From Myxococcota bacterium (GTDB taxonomy: Bacteria; Myxococcota_A; UBA9160; SZUA-336): DNA of 64,000 nucleotides. The stretch is from positions 15,718-79,717 of the forward strand of contig DATJZN010000056.1 in NCBI GenBank assembly GCA_035499075.1. Direction: 5' to 3'. Below, piece by piece: positions 1 through 12,985 of this stretch. The notes beneath the pieces are model-generated. The model worked only from the letters and a program-made list of their open reading frames with translations, was not told the DNA's origin and did not search any database. Position 1 is the stretch's first letter; every line of letters starts with the position of its first letter. The position numbers were made by a program, and so were the translations under genes.

Positions 1-1
1 T

Positions 2-106
2 CGGCGTCGCGCCCGCGCTGTGTCTCGTGATCGGCGACCGCGAAGACGCGGACGGCGAAGCCGCGAAGCGCGCGGGGATGCGCTTCCGGCGCATCGCCGG
101 GCTCTG
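2..106 (+). CDS. 3' end of an upstream gene, HAD-superfamily hydrolase-like C-terminus (partial, cut by the window edge)
   Basis: Frame 2 reads ...LVIGDREDADGEAAKRAGMRFRRIAGL* with GC-rich third positions. It resembles a HAD phosphatase C-terminal segment. Stop TGA at 104-106. Confidence 0.3.
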
Positions 107-114
107 AGGCCCGG

Positions 115-1662
115 ATGCGCGGGCGCCTGTTCGCGGCGATCGCGCTGCTTCTCACGCTGGCGCTCGCCGCCATGGCAGTGCTGTCGCTGTCGTGGCGGGT
201 GACCGTCGACGCTCCGATCATGCTCTACATGGGGCTGCTCGTGGAGCAGCGGCACGCCGTGCCGTACCGCGACTTCTTCGACATGAACCTGCCCGGCAGC
301 TACTGGCTGTACGGAATCCTGGGCCGCGTGTCGGGCGAGAGCGACCTCGGGCTGCGGATCCTGGACCTCGCGTACCTCGGAGCGCTCTCGTGCACGACGC
401 TCGTCTGGATGCGCCGGATCGCCTGGCAGAGCGCGTGGGCCGGCGCCGTGCTGTTCGGCTTCGCGTATCTCGACGGGGGGCCGCTGCTCAGCTTGCAGCG
501 CGAGTATTTCCTGTTGCTGCCGATCTCCGCGGCGGCCGTCCTGGCGGGCACGGAGCGCTGGGACGTGCGACTGCGGGCGCTCGGGGTCGGGCTCCTCTTC
601 GGGCTCACTTCGACGGTCAAGCCCCAGGCCGGTCTCGTGGGGCTACCGGTGCTGGCGGTGTTCCTCGGCGTCGTCGACGGGTCGCTCGCCCGCGGCCACG
701 TCTCCGCGCGGGACTGGCTCGCCCGCGCAGTGGCCCCGGCGGCACTCGGTGCGGCGCTCCCGACGCTTTGCGTGCTGTTCTACCTGTGGCACGCCGGCGC
801 GCTGGCCGACTTCGTGACCGTGGCGCGCGGCTATCTGCCCCTCTACGCCCGGCTCGACGGCTACGGCGAGGCGCGGGCCGGCGCTGCGCGCGCCGCCTAT
901 CTCGTGCGCGGCTTTCTGTTCTTCGGCGGAAACCTCGCCTGGTTCGTGCCGGCCGCGCTCGGCGTGTTCGTCGCGCTGTACCACTCGGAGCTGGCGACCG
1001 CGGCCCGTCGGCAGGTGGGCTTGCTCGTCGGGCTCGCGTTCGCGTACAGCGTCTATCCGCTGTTCTCGGGCCAGTTCTGGGGCTATCACTGGCTGCCGTT
1101 CGTGTATCTGCTGGTGCTCGCGAGCTCGCTGTGTCTCGTGCAGCCCGCCACCACGAGCTCCTTCGGCCGCGCGCTGCCGCCGCTCGCGCTGCTGTTCGCG
1201 TGCGTGCTCATGCTGCGGCCGCCGGACGCGATTCGCCTGCAGGTTCAGGGTCTGCCGCCGCGCCCGCCCGACGGCGGACGCGCCGACGAGATCGCGGCCT
1301 ACCTCGAGTCCCATCTCTTGCCGGGAGACACGGTGCAGCCGCTCGATTGGACCGGCGGCGCCGTGCACGCGATGCTCATCGCGCGCGCCCAGCTCGCGAC
1401 GCCGTTCCTCTACGACTTCCACTTCTATCACCACGTCTCGAGCCCCTTCATCCAGGGCCTGCGCGCGCGCTTCATGGCGGCTCTGCGCACGGCGCCGCCG
1501 CGCTTCGTGCTCCGGCTCGAGGCGAGGCCCTGGCCCAGCGGCCCCGACACGACGCGAGAGTTCCCCGAGCTCGAGGAGTTCCTCGCACAGCACTACGCGG
1601 TCTCCGCGCGCGGTGACGGCTACCAGATCCTCGAGCGAACGGACGCCGCGAGCCCGAGCTAG
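115..1662 (+). CDS. polytopic integral membrane protein, possibly a GT-C-type glycosyltransferase (ArnT/PMT-like); function unassigned
   Basis: 515-aa ORF with GC-rich third positions and more than 10 hydrophobic helices rich in W, Y and F (LLLTLALAAMAVL..., LVGLPVLAVFLGVV..., WLPFVYLLVLASSL...). Its 3' end overlaps the convergent purF stop by 4 nt. Confidence 0.55.
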   Translation: MRGRLFAAIALLLTLALAAMAVLSLSWRVTVDAPIMLYMGLLVEQRHAVPYRDFFDMNLPGSYWLYGILGRVSGESDLGLRILDLAYLGALSCTTLVWMRRIAWQSAWAGAVLFGFAYLDGGPLLSLQREYFLLLPISAAAVLAGTERWDVRLRALGVGLLFGLTSTVKPQAGLVGLPVLAVFLGVVDGSLARGHVSARDWLARAVAPAALGAALPTLCVLFYLWHAGALADFVTVARGYLPLYARLDGYGEARAGAARAAYLVRGFLFFGGNLAWFVPAALGVFVALYHSELATAARRQVGLLVGLAFAYSVYPLFSGQFWGYHWLPFVYLLVLASSLCLVQPATTSSFGRALPPLALLFACVLMLRPPDAIRLQVQGLPPRPPDGGRADEIAAYLESHLLPGDTVQPLDWTGGAVHAMLIARAQLATPFLYDFHFYHHVSSPFIQGLRARFMAALRTAPPRFVLRLEARPWPSGPDTTREFPELEEFLAQHYAVSARGDGYQILERTDAASPS

Positions 1663-3094
1663 TCGGCCTCGGGATCCTCGCCGCCGTGCGCGGGCTCGAA
1701 GAGCGGCAGCTGCGGCTCGGCCACCCCGACCTCGTCGACCGGGATGATGTAGTCGCCCGAGAAGCACGCGTCGCAGAAGCCGTGCTTCATCTGCGCCTCG
1801 ACGCGGCGCAAGGCGTCGAGGGACAGATACGCCAGGCTGTCGGCGCCGATCATGCGGCGGATCTCCTCGACGCTGTGCGTGGCGGCGATGAGCTCCTCGC
1901 GCTTGGGCGTGTCGATGCCGTAGTAGCAGGGCCCGGTCGTCGGCGGCGCCGACACACGAATGTGTACCTCGCGCGCGCCTGCGCCGCGGAACAGCGTGAC
2001 CAGCTTGTTCAGCGTGGTGCCGCGGACGATCGAGTCCTCGACCACGACCAGGCTCTTCCCGGTCACGAGCTCGCGGATCGGGTTGTGCTTCACGCGCACG
2101 CCGAACATGCGGATCGACTGCTCGGGCTCGATGAACGTGCGCCGCACGTAGTGGTTGCGGATGAGCGCGTTCTCGTACGTGATGCCGGACGCCTCGGCGT
2201 AGCCGAGCGCCGACACCGAGCCCGAGTCGAGCACCGGGACGACCATGTCGGCCGAGACCGGCGCCTCCTTGGCGAGCTCGCGGCCCAGCTGCTTGCGCGT
2301 GTAGTAGACGCTCGAGCCGAACACGAGCGAGTCGGGCCGCGCGAAGTAGATGTGCTCGAACACGCACAGCTTCTCCGGCGCGCGCGGCAAGGGCTGCACG
2401 GAGCGCAGGCGCCCGCGTTTGATCGTCACGATCTCGCCGGGCTCGACGTCGCGCTCGTAGACGGCGCCGATCAGGTCGAACGCGCACGTCTCGCTCGCCA
2501 CGACCCACGCGGGGCCGAGCCGGCCGAGCGAGAGCGGCCGGAAGCCGTACGGGTCGCGGGCGGCGACGAGCACGTCGTCGATCAGGAACACCGCCGACCA
2601 CGCGCCGCGCACGCGCGAGCACATGTCGCCGAGCCGCTCCTCGAGGGTGCCGCGCGCGCGCGCCAGGAGGTGCACGAACACTTCGGAATCCATCGTGCCC
2701 TGGAAGATCGAGCCGTGGCCCTCGAGCTCGGAGCGGATGGCGAGCGCGTTGGTCAGGTTGCCGTTGTGCGCCACCGCGATCTGCGAGCGCCCGGTGTTGG
2801 CGAGGAACGGCTGCGCGTTGCGCAGGCTGCTCTCGCCCGCCGTCGAGTAGCGCACGTGGCCGATCGCGATGCGCCCGGGCAGGCCGGCGAGCACGGGCTG
2901 CGAGAAGATCTCCGCCACGAGCCCCATGCCCTTGTGGATGTGGCTCTCGCCGCCCTCGCGCGTGACGATGCCCGCGGACTCCTGGCCGCGGTGCTGCAGC
3001 GCGTACAGGCCGAGATAGGTGAGGTTCGCGGCCTCGGGATGGCCGGCGATGCCCATGACCCCGCACTCTTCCCGAAAGCGATCCAAGGGGACGT

Positions 3095-3098
<4 letters not shown>
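1659..3098 (-). CDS. purF: amidophosphoribosyltransferase
   Basis: Translation starts [45 protein letters not shown]..., the class-II glutamine amidotransferase N-terminal Cys fused to a PRTase domain, about 479 aa. The start ATG at 3096-3098 overlaps the purL stop (ATGA). Confidence 0.95.
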
Positions 3099-5301
<2,203 letters not shown>

Positions 5302-5329
<28 letters not shown>

Positions 5330-5943
5330 GCGGCCATGAACGAGCGCAACAGGGGCGCGCCGTCGGTGGAGCCGAGCAGCGGATCGACCGCGTACTCGGG
5401 GTGCGGCATGAGTCCGACCACGTTGCCGGCTTCGTTCGCCACGCCTGCGATGTCGTCGGTCGAGCCGTTCGGGTTCGTGCCCACGTAGCGGAACGCCACG
5501 CGCGGCTTGTGGTCGGGGTCGGGCATGTACGCGCCCTCGCCGTGCTTCACGGGCAGGACGAGGTCGCGGCCGGGGGGGAGCTCCGCGCGCAGCTGGCCCG
5601 GATCTTCAACCACGATGCGCACGTCCTGGCACACGAACTTGAGATCGCGATTTCGCACGAGCGCGCCGGGCAGGAGCCCCGCCTCGCACAGGATCTGGAA
5701 GCCGTTGCACACGCCCAGCACGGGCCGGCCGCTCGCGGCGAAGTCGAGCACGGCGCGCATCACCGGCGAGAAGCGCGCCATCGCGCCGGCGCGCAGGTAG
5801 TCGCCGTACGAGAAGCCGCCCGGCGCGGCGATGCCGTCGAGCTCGGGCAGCCGCGTGTCCTTGTGCCAGACCATGCGGACGTCGGCGCCGAGCAGGCCGA
5901 AGCTGCGCCCCAGATCGCGGTCGTCGAGCGAGCCCGGGAACAT
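5302..5943 (-). CDS. purQ: phosphoribosylformylglycinamidine synthase subunit I (glutaminase, PurQ)
   Basis: ...[19 protein letters not shown]...[20 protein letters not shown]...MPHPEY, a class-I glutamine amidotransferase with the catalytic Cys in GVCNGFQ. Start is ATG at 5941-5943 (or GTG at 5947-5949), 20 nt after the purS stop. The upstream extension of the ORF is not coding. Confidence 0.85.
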
Positions 5944-5963
5944 GAGCACGCCGACCCGCGCGC

Positions 5964-6200
5964 TCAAGGAAGCACCTCGTACTGCTCGATCACGGGGTTC
6001 GCGAGCAGCTTCTCGCACAGCTCGGCGGCGAGCGCACGCGCCTTCGCGGGGTCGTCGGTGTCGAGGTCGACCACGACGAGCTTGCCCGTGCGCACGCCGT
6101 TCACCTGCGCGTAGCCCAGGTCGCGCAGCGCGTGCTCGATCGCGCGGCCCTGCGCGTCGAGCACGCCCGGCTTCAAGCTCACCAGCACGCGCAGCTTCAT
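5964..6200 (-). CDS. purS: phosphoribosylformylglycinamidine synthase PurS subunit
   Basis: 78 aa, MKLRVLVSLKPGVLDAQGRAIEHALRDLGYAQVNGVRTGKLVVVDLD..., a typical PurS. Its ATG overlaps the purB stop (ATGA). It is the true C-terminal part of the long track ORF 5964..7943. Confidence 0.85.
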   Translation of the reverse strand: MKLRVLVSLKPGVLDAQGRAIEHALRDLGYAQVNGVRTGKLVVVDLDTDDPAKARALAAELCEKLLANPVIEQYEVLP

Positions 6201-7510
6201 CGCCCCGCCCTCCCGTGCGCTGCCAACGTGCGCGCGAAGATCGCGTCGACGTTGCGGAGCTGTCGCTCGAGATCGAAGCACTCCACGAGCTCGTCCGGGT
6301 CGAGCACCTTGCCGAGCTCGGCGTCCGCGGCGAGCCGATCGTAGAAGTGCTCGCCCTGGTCCCACGCCGACAGCGCGTGCTTCTGCACCAGCCGGTACGC
6401 CTCCTGGCGCGACACGCCGTGCTTCGCCAGCGCGAGCAGGACGGCCTGCGAGAACACGAGCCCGCGCGCGGAGTCGAGGTTCTCGCGCATGCGCTGCGGG
6501 TGGACTTCCAGGCTGTCGATCAGGTCGGCCAGCCGGTGCATCATGAAGTGCACGGCGGCCGTCGCGTCGGGGAACACCACGCGCTCGACCGAGCTGTTCG
6601 AGATGTCGCGCTCGTGCCACAGCACGGTGTTCTCGAGGCCCGCCACCGCGTAGCCGCGCACCACGCGCGCGAGCCCCGTCAGCGTCTCGAAGCGCCAGGG
6701 GTTGCGCTTGTGCGGCATCGCCGAGCTGCCTTTCTGCTCGGAGCCGAAGAACTCCTGCACCTCGCCGACCTCGCTGCGCGCGAGGTGGCGCATCTCGACG
6801 GCGATCGCCTCGACCGCGCCCGCGGCCTGCGCGAGCGCGCTCAAAACTTCTGCGTGTCGGTCGCGCGAGACGACCTGCGTGGAGATCGGCGCGGCGCCCA
6901 AGCCCAGCGAGCCGAGCACCTCTTCCTCGATCGCAGGGTCCAGGTGCGCGAAGGTACCCACGGCGCCCGACAGCTTGCCCACGGCGGCCTGACTGCGCGC
7001 CCGAGCCAGGCGCTCGCGCCCGCGCGCCAGCTCGTCGAAGCCGCGCAGGAGCTTCAGCCCGAACGTGGTGGGCTCGGCGAAGATGCCGTGCGTGCGGCCG
7101 ACGCAGACCGTGTGCTTGAACTCGAGCGCGCGCCGCTCGAGCGCGGCGAGCGCGCGGTCGCACTCCGCGATCACCAGGTCGAGGGCCGCGGCGATCTGCA
7201 GCGCCAGGCACGTGTCGAGCACGTCCGACGACGTGAGCCCCAGGTGCACGTAGCGCGACGCCGGGCCGATCTGCTCGGCGAGCGCGTCGAGGAACGCGTT
7301 CACGTCGTGGTGCACGCGCGCCTCGATCTCGGCCACGCGCGCCGGGTCGACCTTCGCGCGCGACTCGATCGCCGCGAACGCGTCGCGCGGGATTTCGCCG
7401 CGCTTGGCGAGCGCGCGGCAGACCGCCACCTCGATGCGCGTCCAGAGCGCGTAGCGGTGGTCCTCGGACCAGACCGCCTCGAGGGCGGGGAGCGTGTAGC
7501 GCGAGATCAC
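6197..7510 (-). CDS. purB: adenylosuccinate lyase
   Basis: 437 aa: ...GRTHGIFAEPTTFGLK...SSAMPHKRNPWRFETL..., the fumarate-lyase signature. GTG start at 7508-7510. Confidence 0.95.
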   Translation of the reverse strand: MISRYTLPALEAVWSEDHRYALWTRIEVAVCRALAKRGEIPRDAFAAIESRAKVDPARVAEIEARVHHDVNAFLDALAEQIGPASRYVHLGLTSSDVLDTCLALQIAAALDLVIAECDRALAALERRALEFKHTVCVGRTHGIFAEPTTFGLKLLRGFDELARGRERLARARSQAAVGKLSGAVGTFAHLDPAIEEEVLGSLGLGAAPISTQVVSRDRHAEVLSALAQAAGAVEAIAVEMRHLARSEVGEVQEFFGSEQKGSSAMPHKRNPWRFETLTGLARVVRGYAVAGLENTVLWHERDISNSSVERVVFPDATAAVHFMMHRLADLIDSLEVHPQRMRENLDSARGLVFSQAVLLALAKHGVSRQEAYRLVQKHALSAWDQGEHFYDRLAADAELGKVLDPDELVECFDLERQLRNVDAIFARTLAAHGRAGR

Positions 7511-7537
7511 AGGGAGGGACTCCTCGGACGCGTGGGG

Positions 7538-8533
7538 CTACGCGGAGAGGCGCGTCCAGTAGTACGCGAGGAGGAGGTAGTACATCACCGGGATGCCGAG
7601 CAAGGCCGAATCGATGCGGTCGAGCACGCCGCCGACGCCCGGCAGCAAGCTGCCGGCATCCTTGATGGCGGCGTCGCGCTTCAGCACGGACTCGATCAGG
7701 TCGCCGAGCACCGCGAAGGCCGCGAGCACCATGCCGAACAGGAGCGCCGCCCCCCAGTCGAGGTCGCGCGCGAGGTCGCCGGGCACGAACAAGCTGAAGA
7801 ACGCCTTGGCCAGCACGGCCGCGAGGCCGCCGGTGAGCACGCCGCCGACCGCGCCCTCGACCGTCTTGTTCGGGCTGATCGCGGGCGCGAGCTTGCGCCG
7901 CCCGTAGGCGCGGCCGACGAAGTATGCACCGGCGTCGGACCACACGACCGCCGCCAGGGTCAGAATCATGTAGAAGAAGCCGACTTGCGGATCGACGTGC
8001 GCATCGAAGCGCCGGCCGAGCTCGTCGGAGATCTGGCGCACCGACACGGCATACGAGAGCAGCCAGCCCACGTAGATCACGCCGAAGAACGTCTCGGAGA
8101 CGCTCGCGATCGCCTCGCGGATCTCCTGCTTCGTGGTCTGCAGGATCATGAGCGTGAGCAGCGTCGCCGTGAGCGCGCTGGTGGCGAGCGAGGCGTCGCC
8201 CACGTAGGCGATGACCGGCAGCACGGCCGCAGCCACGTTGCCGAGCAGCCGGTGCGGCGTGGCGCCCTTCGCGCTGATGAGCCCGTAGAACTCGTTCAGC
8301 GCGGCCAGGATGAAGCCCATCACGAGGGCCACGTACGGCCAGCCGCCCGCCCAGCAGGCCCAGATGACCGGCGGCACGAGCAGGAGCGCCGTGACGAGCC
8401 GCAGGGTCAGGTTGGAGGGGGCCCAGTGCTCGGGCTCGGCCTCGCGCGGGCTCGGGCCGAGCGGATGAGACGCGGGGCCCGGCGCGGGGCCCGGCGCGGC
8501 TGCCGGTCGCCGGTCGCGATCTGCGGGTTCCAC
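7538..8533 (-). CDS. cdsA: phosphatidate cytidylyltransferase (CDP-diglyceride synthase)
   Basis: Multi-TM protein with a C-terminal ...[35 protein letters not shown]... CTP-transferase signature. The N-terminal ~40 aa are P/A-rich low complexity, so the true start may be an internal non-ATG codon. Confidence 0.8.
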   Translation of the reverse strand: [331 protein letters not shown]

Positions 8534-8606
8534 AGAGCTCCTCTTCCGGGGCGGGGAGATCTTAGCGCGGATTTCGGGGGCCCCCTGCGGCCGTTTCGGC
8601 GCTCGG

Positions 8607-9068
8607 CTAGCGGCCCGTGTGACCGAATCCGCCGGCGCCGCGCGGCGTCTCGCCGAGCTCTGCCTGCGCGCCGACCTCTTTCGGGACCGGCCGCGCCACG
8701 GCTGCGATCACGAGCTGGGCGATCCGGTCGCCGCGCCGCACGCGGAAGCCGTCGCGACCGGCGTTCACGAGGATCACCTGCACTTCGCCGCGGTAGTCGG
8801 CGTCGATCGTGCCCGGCGCGTTCGCGACGGTGACCCCGGCGTGCAGCGCGAGGCCGCTGCGCGGGCGCACCTGGCCTTCGTAGCCCGGCGGAATCGCCAG
8901 CGCGAAGCCCGTGGGCACGAGCGCGCGCTCGCCGGGGCCGAGGACCACGTCGTCCGCCACGGCCGCGCACAGGTCCAGGCCGGCGCTGCCCGCGGTCGCA
9001 TAGGCGGGCAGCGGGACGTCGGCGTCCCGGTCGCCGCGCACGCGCCAGATGCGGAGCTCCACGCGCAT
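8607..9068 (-). CDS. dut: dUTP diphosphatase
   Basis: 153 aa: ...[17 protein letters not shown]...[27 protein letters not shown]..., the five dUTPase motifs. Confidence 0.9.
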   Translation of the reverse strand: MRVELRIWRVRGDRDADVPLPAYATAGSAGLDLCAAVADDVVLGPGERALVPTGFALAIPPGYEGQVRPRSGLALHAGVTVANAPGTIDADYRGEVQVILVNAGRDGFRVRRGDRIAQLVIAAVARPVPKEVGAQAELGETPRGAGGFGHTGR

Positions 9069-9082
9069 GAGTCTAGCCGGAG

Positions 9083-9952
9083 CTAGAGGCGCGCGTGCCG
9101 CACTTCCGTCTCGAGGATCGCCGCGCAGCCGATCTCCTCCAGGCGGTCGATCACGCCCTGCAGCTCGGCCTTCTCGACGAGCACCTTCACGGCGAGCCAG
9201 GCGGGGTCGCCCGTCTGCTGGATCGTCGGCGCGGAGAAGCCGGGCGTGATCCGGCGCGCCTGGTCGATCGACTTCGCAGGGCAGTTGTACTCGACGAGCG
9301 AGTAGCGCGCCGCGACGAGCACGCCGTCGATCCGGCGCAAGAGCCGGTCGCGCGCCACGGCGTCGTGCGGCGCGCGCGTGCCGATCAGCACCGTCTCGGC
9401 GTCGAGGATCACGGCGAGCTCGCGCAGGTCGTTCTCGACCAGGCTCGTGCCCGTCTCGACGATCTCGACGATCGCGTCGACGAGCCCGAGCGGCACCATC
9501 GCTTCGACCGCGCCCTGGATCTCGATCGTGTGCGCGTCGCGCGCGCCCTCACGCGCCAGGAACTCGGCGGCGAGCCGCAGGAACTTCGTGCCCACGCGCT
9601 TGCCGCCGAGGTCGCTCGGCCGCTGGTACGGCGCGTCGACGTGCACCGCGAGCGACAGGCGGCAGCGCCCGAAGCCGAGCCGCCGCCACTCCTCGACGTC
9701 GACGCCCTTCTCGAGCACGACGTCGCTGCCGGTGATGCCGAGCTCGACCGCGCCCTCGGCCACGAGCCCGGGGATGTCCTGCGTGTGCGCGAAGATCACG
9801 GCGATGCCGGTCTCGCTGCACACGGAGTGCAGGCGCCGGCCCTCCGAGCGAACGCGCAGGCCGGCCTGCGCGAGCAGCTCGACGGAGCGCTCGCGCAGCC
9901 GTCCCTTCGACGGCACGGCGATGCGCAGCGCCGGCTTCGCCGGCCCGCTCAT
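9083..9952 (-). CDS. hisG: ATP phosphoribosyltransferase (long form)
   Basis: 289 aa: [24 protein letters not shown]...[10 protein letters not shown]..., with the C-terminal regulatory domain present. A HisZ-independent long form. Confidence 0.9.
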   Translation of the reverse strand: MSGPAKPALRIAVPSKGRLRERSVELLAQAGLRVRSEGRRLHSVCSETGIAVIFAHTQDIPGLVAEGAVELGITGSDVVLEKGVDVEEWRRLGFGRCRLSLAVHVDAPYQRPSDLGGKRVGTKFLRLAAEFLAREGARDAHTIEIQGAVEAMVPLGLVDAIVEIVETGTSLVENDLRELAVILDAETVLIGTRAPHDAVARDRLLRRIDGVLVAARYSLVEYNCPAKSIDQARRITPGFSAPTIQQTGDPAWLAVKVLVEKAELQGVIDRLEEIGCAAILETEVRHARL

Positions 9953-10266
9953 CGCAGTGACCGGCTCGCCTTCTCGGCGAGCCCGCCCGTGCCGAAGCGC
10001 CGCTCGAGCTCACCGCAGACGGCGCCGAACGGCACGCCGCGCACGCCGAGCAGCACGAGCACGTGAAACAGCACGTCGGCCGCCTCGTGCGCGCTGTCGG
10101 CCGCGCCGGCGGCGGCACAGAGCTCACCGGCTTCTTCGCGGATCTTGGCCGCGATCGCCGGCTCGCCGCCGTCGAGCAGGCGCACCACGTAGCTGCCCGC
10201 AGGCCGCTCCCGGATGCGCCCCTCGATCACGCGCTCGAGCCGCTCGATCACGTCGCTCGCGGCCAT
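9949..10266 (-). CDS. hisE: phosphoribosyl-ATP pyrophosphatase
   Basis: [53 protein letters not shown]...; start is the ATG at 10264-10266 (M23 of the track ORF), overlapping the hisG start region by 4 nt. Confidence 0.8.
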   Translation of the reverse strand: MAASDVIERLERVIEGRIRERPAGSYVVRLLDGGEPAIAAKIREEAGELCAAAGAADSAHEAADVLFHVLVLLGVRGVPFGAVCGELERRFGTGGLAEKASRSLR

Positions 10267-10282
10267 CGCCGCCTCCGCGCGC

Positions 10283-12463
10283 TCAGGCCTGCGCTTCGCG
10301 CGAAGCCTCCAGCTGTTCGGCCAGCGCCGCACGGCGCGACAGCCGGATCTTGCCGCTCGGGTCGACGTCGAGGCACTTCACGACGACTTCGTCGCCCTCG
10401 TTCACGACGTCCTCGACCTTGCCCACGCGGCGATCCGCCAGCTCGGAGATGTGCAGGAGCCCGTCGGTGCCCGGGAAGATCTCCACGAACGCGCCGAAGT
10501 CGGTCACCTTGCGCACCTTGCCCACGTACGTGCGGCCGATCTCCGCCTCCTGAGTCACTTCCTCGACCATCTGCTGGCACTTCACCAGCGCGTCTCGGTT
10601 GGGCGCGAAGATCGTCACGCGGCCCGAGTCCTCGACGTCCACCTTCGCGGTCGTCGTCTCCTGGATGCCGCGGATCACCTTGCCGCCCGGCCCGATCAGG
10701 TCGCGGATGCGGTCCGGCTTGATCCAGATCACGCTGATGCGCGGCGCGTTCTCGCTGAGCTCGGTGCGCGGCTGGAAGCCGGGCAGCGAGTCGCGCGTCT
10801 CGTCGGCCATGCGCTGCAGGATGTGCACGCGGCCCTGGCGCGCCTGCTCCAGCGCCTTCTCCATCACGGCCCAGTCGAGGCCGTCGATCTTGATGTCCAT
10901 CTGGATGGCGGTAATGCCCTTCGTCGAACCCGCGACCTTGAAGTCCATGTCGCCCAGGTGGTCCTCGTCGCCGAGGATGTCGGAGAGCACCGCGTGGCGG
11001 CTGCCTTCCGAGATCAGCCCCATCGCGATGCCCGCGACCGGCGCCTGGATGGCGATGCCCGCGTCCATGAGCGCGAGCGCGCCGCCGCAGACCGAGGCCA
11101 TCGACGAGCTGCCGTTCGACTCGAGGATCTCCGACACGACGCGGATCGTGAACGGCGAGTCCTCGCCCTCGGGCAGCACCATCTTGATCGCCCGCTCGGC
11201 AAGCGCGCCGTGGCCCTGCTCGCGCCGGTTCGGCGCGCGCAGCGGCCGCACCTCGCCGGTCGAGAACGGCAGGAAGTTGTAGTGCATGAAGAACTTCCGG
11301 TAGAAGGTGTCCTTCAGGCCCTCGATCATCTGCTCGTCGCGCGTGCCGCCGAGCGTGACCGAGACCAACGCCTGCGTCTCGCCGCGCGTGAAGAGCGCCG
11401 AGCCGTGCGGGGCGCGGAGCTCAGCGACGCTCGCGGTGATCGGCCGGATGTCCGTCGTCGAGCGGCCGTCGATGCGGGCCTTGCCGTCGAGGATGTCCTC
11501 GCGCATCACCTTGCCGCGCAGGTCGTGCAGGATCTCCTTCACGTCGGCCGACAGCTTGCGGCCCGCGGACTGCGCGGCCTCGAGCTGCGCCAGCGTGCCG
11601 AGCTCGCGCGGCGCGTCACGGAACGGTGTCACGATCGCCTTCACGACTTCGGCGTCGATCGCGTCGAACGCCTCGTAGCGCTTCTTCTTCTCGCGCGTCT
11701 GGCTGGCCGCGCGGATGCGGTCGAGCGCCATCGTCTCGATCTTGCGCACGAGCTCCGCGTCCTTCGCGACCGGCGTGACCGAGCGCTTCGCCTTGCCGGC
11801 CTTCGCCACCAGCGCGAGCTGCGCGTCGATCAGCCGGCGGATCTCGGCGTGGCCGAAGCGCAGCGCTTCGAGCACCGCGGCCTCGGACACCTGCTTGGCG
11901 CCGCCTTCGACCATGACCAGCGCGTTCGCCGAGCCGGCCACGATGACGTTCAAGTCCGCGGCCTCGACCTCGGCGTGCGTGCCGTTCGCGACCAGCTTCC
12001 CGTCGACGCGCGATACGCGGACCGCCGCAATCGGCGCCGGGAACGGCACGTCCGACAGCATGACGGCGGCCGACGCGCCGATGAACGCGAGCACGTCCGT
12101 CTCGTACTCCGGGTCGGCCGACATGACCTGCGCGGTCACCTGCGTCTCGTCGCGATAGCCGTCCGGGAAGAGCGGCCGCAGCGCGCGGTCGATGAAGCGC
12201 GAGGTCAGCACCTCCTTCTCCGTCATGCCGCGCTCGCGCTTGAAGAACCCGCCGGGGATCTTCCCGGCCGCGTAGATCTTCTCCATGTAGTCGACGGTCA
12301 GCGGGAAGAAGTCGATGCCCTCGCGCGGCTTCGCGGAGTTCACCGTGACCAACACGGCCGACTTACCCTGCGTGACCAGGACAGAGCCGTTCGATTGCTT
12401 GGCGAGGCGGCCCGTCTCGATGCCGACGGACTTTCCGTCGACCATACACTGAACTGTTTCCAT
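10283..12463 (-). CDS. pnp: polyribonucleotide nucleotidyltransferase (PNPase)
   Basis: Two RNase PH domains, a KH domain and an S1 domain are all recognisable (...[16 protein letters not shown]..., ...[19 protein letters not shown]..., ...[15 protein letters not shown]...). The start is set at the ATG of [10 protein letters not shown] (12461-12463), preceded by an AAGGAA ribosome-binding site. The first codons have AT-rich third positions. Confidence 0.95.
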   Translation of the reverse strand: METVQCMVDGKSVGIETGRLAKQSNGSVLVTQGKSAVLVTVNSAKPREGIDFFPLTVDYMEKIYAAGKIPGGFFKRERGMTEKEVLTSRFIDRALRPLFPDGYRDETQVTAQVMSADPEYETDVLAFIGASAAVMLSDVPFPAPIAAVRVSRVDGKLVANGTHAEVEAADLNVIVAGSANALVMVEGGAKQVSEAAVLEALRFGHAEIRRLIDAQLALVAKAGKAKRSVTPVAKDAELVRKIETMALDRIRAASQTREKKKRYEAFDAIDAEVVKAIVTPFRDAPRELGTLAQLEAAQSAGRKLSADVKEILHDLRGKVMREDILDGKARIDGRSTTDIRPITASVAELRAPHGSALFTRGETQALVSVTLGGTRDEQMIEGLKDTFYRKFFMHYNFLPFSTGEVRPLRAPNRREQGHGALAERAIKMVLPEGEDSPFTIRVVSEILESNGSSSMASVCGGALALMDAGIAIQAPVAGIAMGLISEGSRHAVLSDILGDEDHLGDMDFKVAGSTKGITAIQMDIKIDGLDWAVMEKALEQARQGRVHILQRMADETRDSLPGFQPRTELSENAPRISVIWIKPDRIRDLIGPGGKVIRGIQETTTAKVDVEDSGRVTIFAPNRDALVKCQQMVEEVTQEAEIGRTYVGKVRKVTDFGAFVEIFPGTDGLLHISELADRRVGKVEDVVNEGDEVVVKCLDVDPSGKIRLSRRAALAEQLEASREAQA

Positions 12464-12625
12464 TCTCGTACTCATTCCTTCGTTTGGTGGATTCGCTCGC
12501 GGGCGCACGTGCGCGCGCGAAGCGGGGCGCGGAGGTCGGCGCGGAAAACGCGCGCGAGCCCGCGGCTCGGAAAACTTCTCATCTCTTCCTGTTCGACCCG
12601 AACCCCAATCCAGGGGGAACCGGCT
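12464..12625 (-). promoter_or_regulatory. rpsO-pnp intergenic leader with GC-rich imperfect inverted repeats; a likely rpsO terminator or pnp regulatory hairpin
   Basis: A 160-nt spacer contains CGCGGGCGCACGTGCGCGCGCG...CGCGCGCGAGCCCGCGG complementary arms. The position is analogous to the RNase III-processed pnp leader of other bacteria. Confidence 0.4.
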
Positions 12626-12901
12626 TCAGCGGCGCAGCCCCAGCTTGTCGATCAAGCTCTGGTAGCGGCCCTGATCCGTCCGGTTCAAGTAGTCGAGCAG
12701 GCTGCGCCTTTGGCTGACGAGCTTCAGGAGCCCGCGGCGCGAGGAATGGTCCTTCACATGGACCTGGAGATGATTCGTGAGTTCCGTGATGCGCTCGGAC
12801 AGGAGCGCGATCTGAACCTCGCAGGAGCCCGTGTCGCCGGGTTTGCGCTGGTTCTCTTCGATGATCTCGTGCCGGCGATCGGCGCGCAGCATGCTCTTCA
12901 T
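12626..12901 (-). CDS. rpsO: 30S ribosomal protein S15
   Basis: 91 aa: ...[67 protein letters not shown], a canonical S15. Confidence 0.9.
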   Translation of the reverse strand: MKSMLRADRRHEIIEENQRKPGDTGSCEVQIALLSERITELTNHLQVHVKDHSSRRGLLKLVSQRRSLLDYLNRTDQGRYQSLIDKLGLRR

Positions 12902-12985
12902 ACCTTCCGAATTCGGGACGCTGTATAGCAGAGGCCCCCGGAGAACCGCAATCGGGAAGGCGATCCTGTCGCACCTTGCGTCGGC

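Noticed and set aside
5831-8833. 1,000-aa plus-strand ORF and 659-aa minus-strand ORF (5964..7943) across purB/cdsA
   Set aside because: They are antisense or alternate frames of purB and cdsA. Only the last 78 codons of 5964..7943 (purS) are real.
10214-12928. 904-aa plus-strand ORF antisense to pnp; 1,018-aa plus-strand ORF (14396..17452) and 827-aa ORF (16122..18605) antisense to infB/nusA; 918-aa and 880-aa ORFs over the Hsp70 gene; 872-aa minus ORF (61208..63826)
   Set aside because: All overlap strongly conserved housekeeping genes on the other strand and show low-complexity R/G/A/P translations. They are standard GC-rich shadow ORFs.
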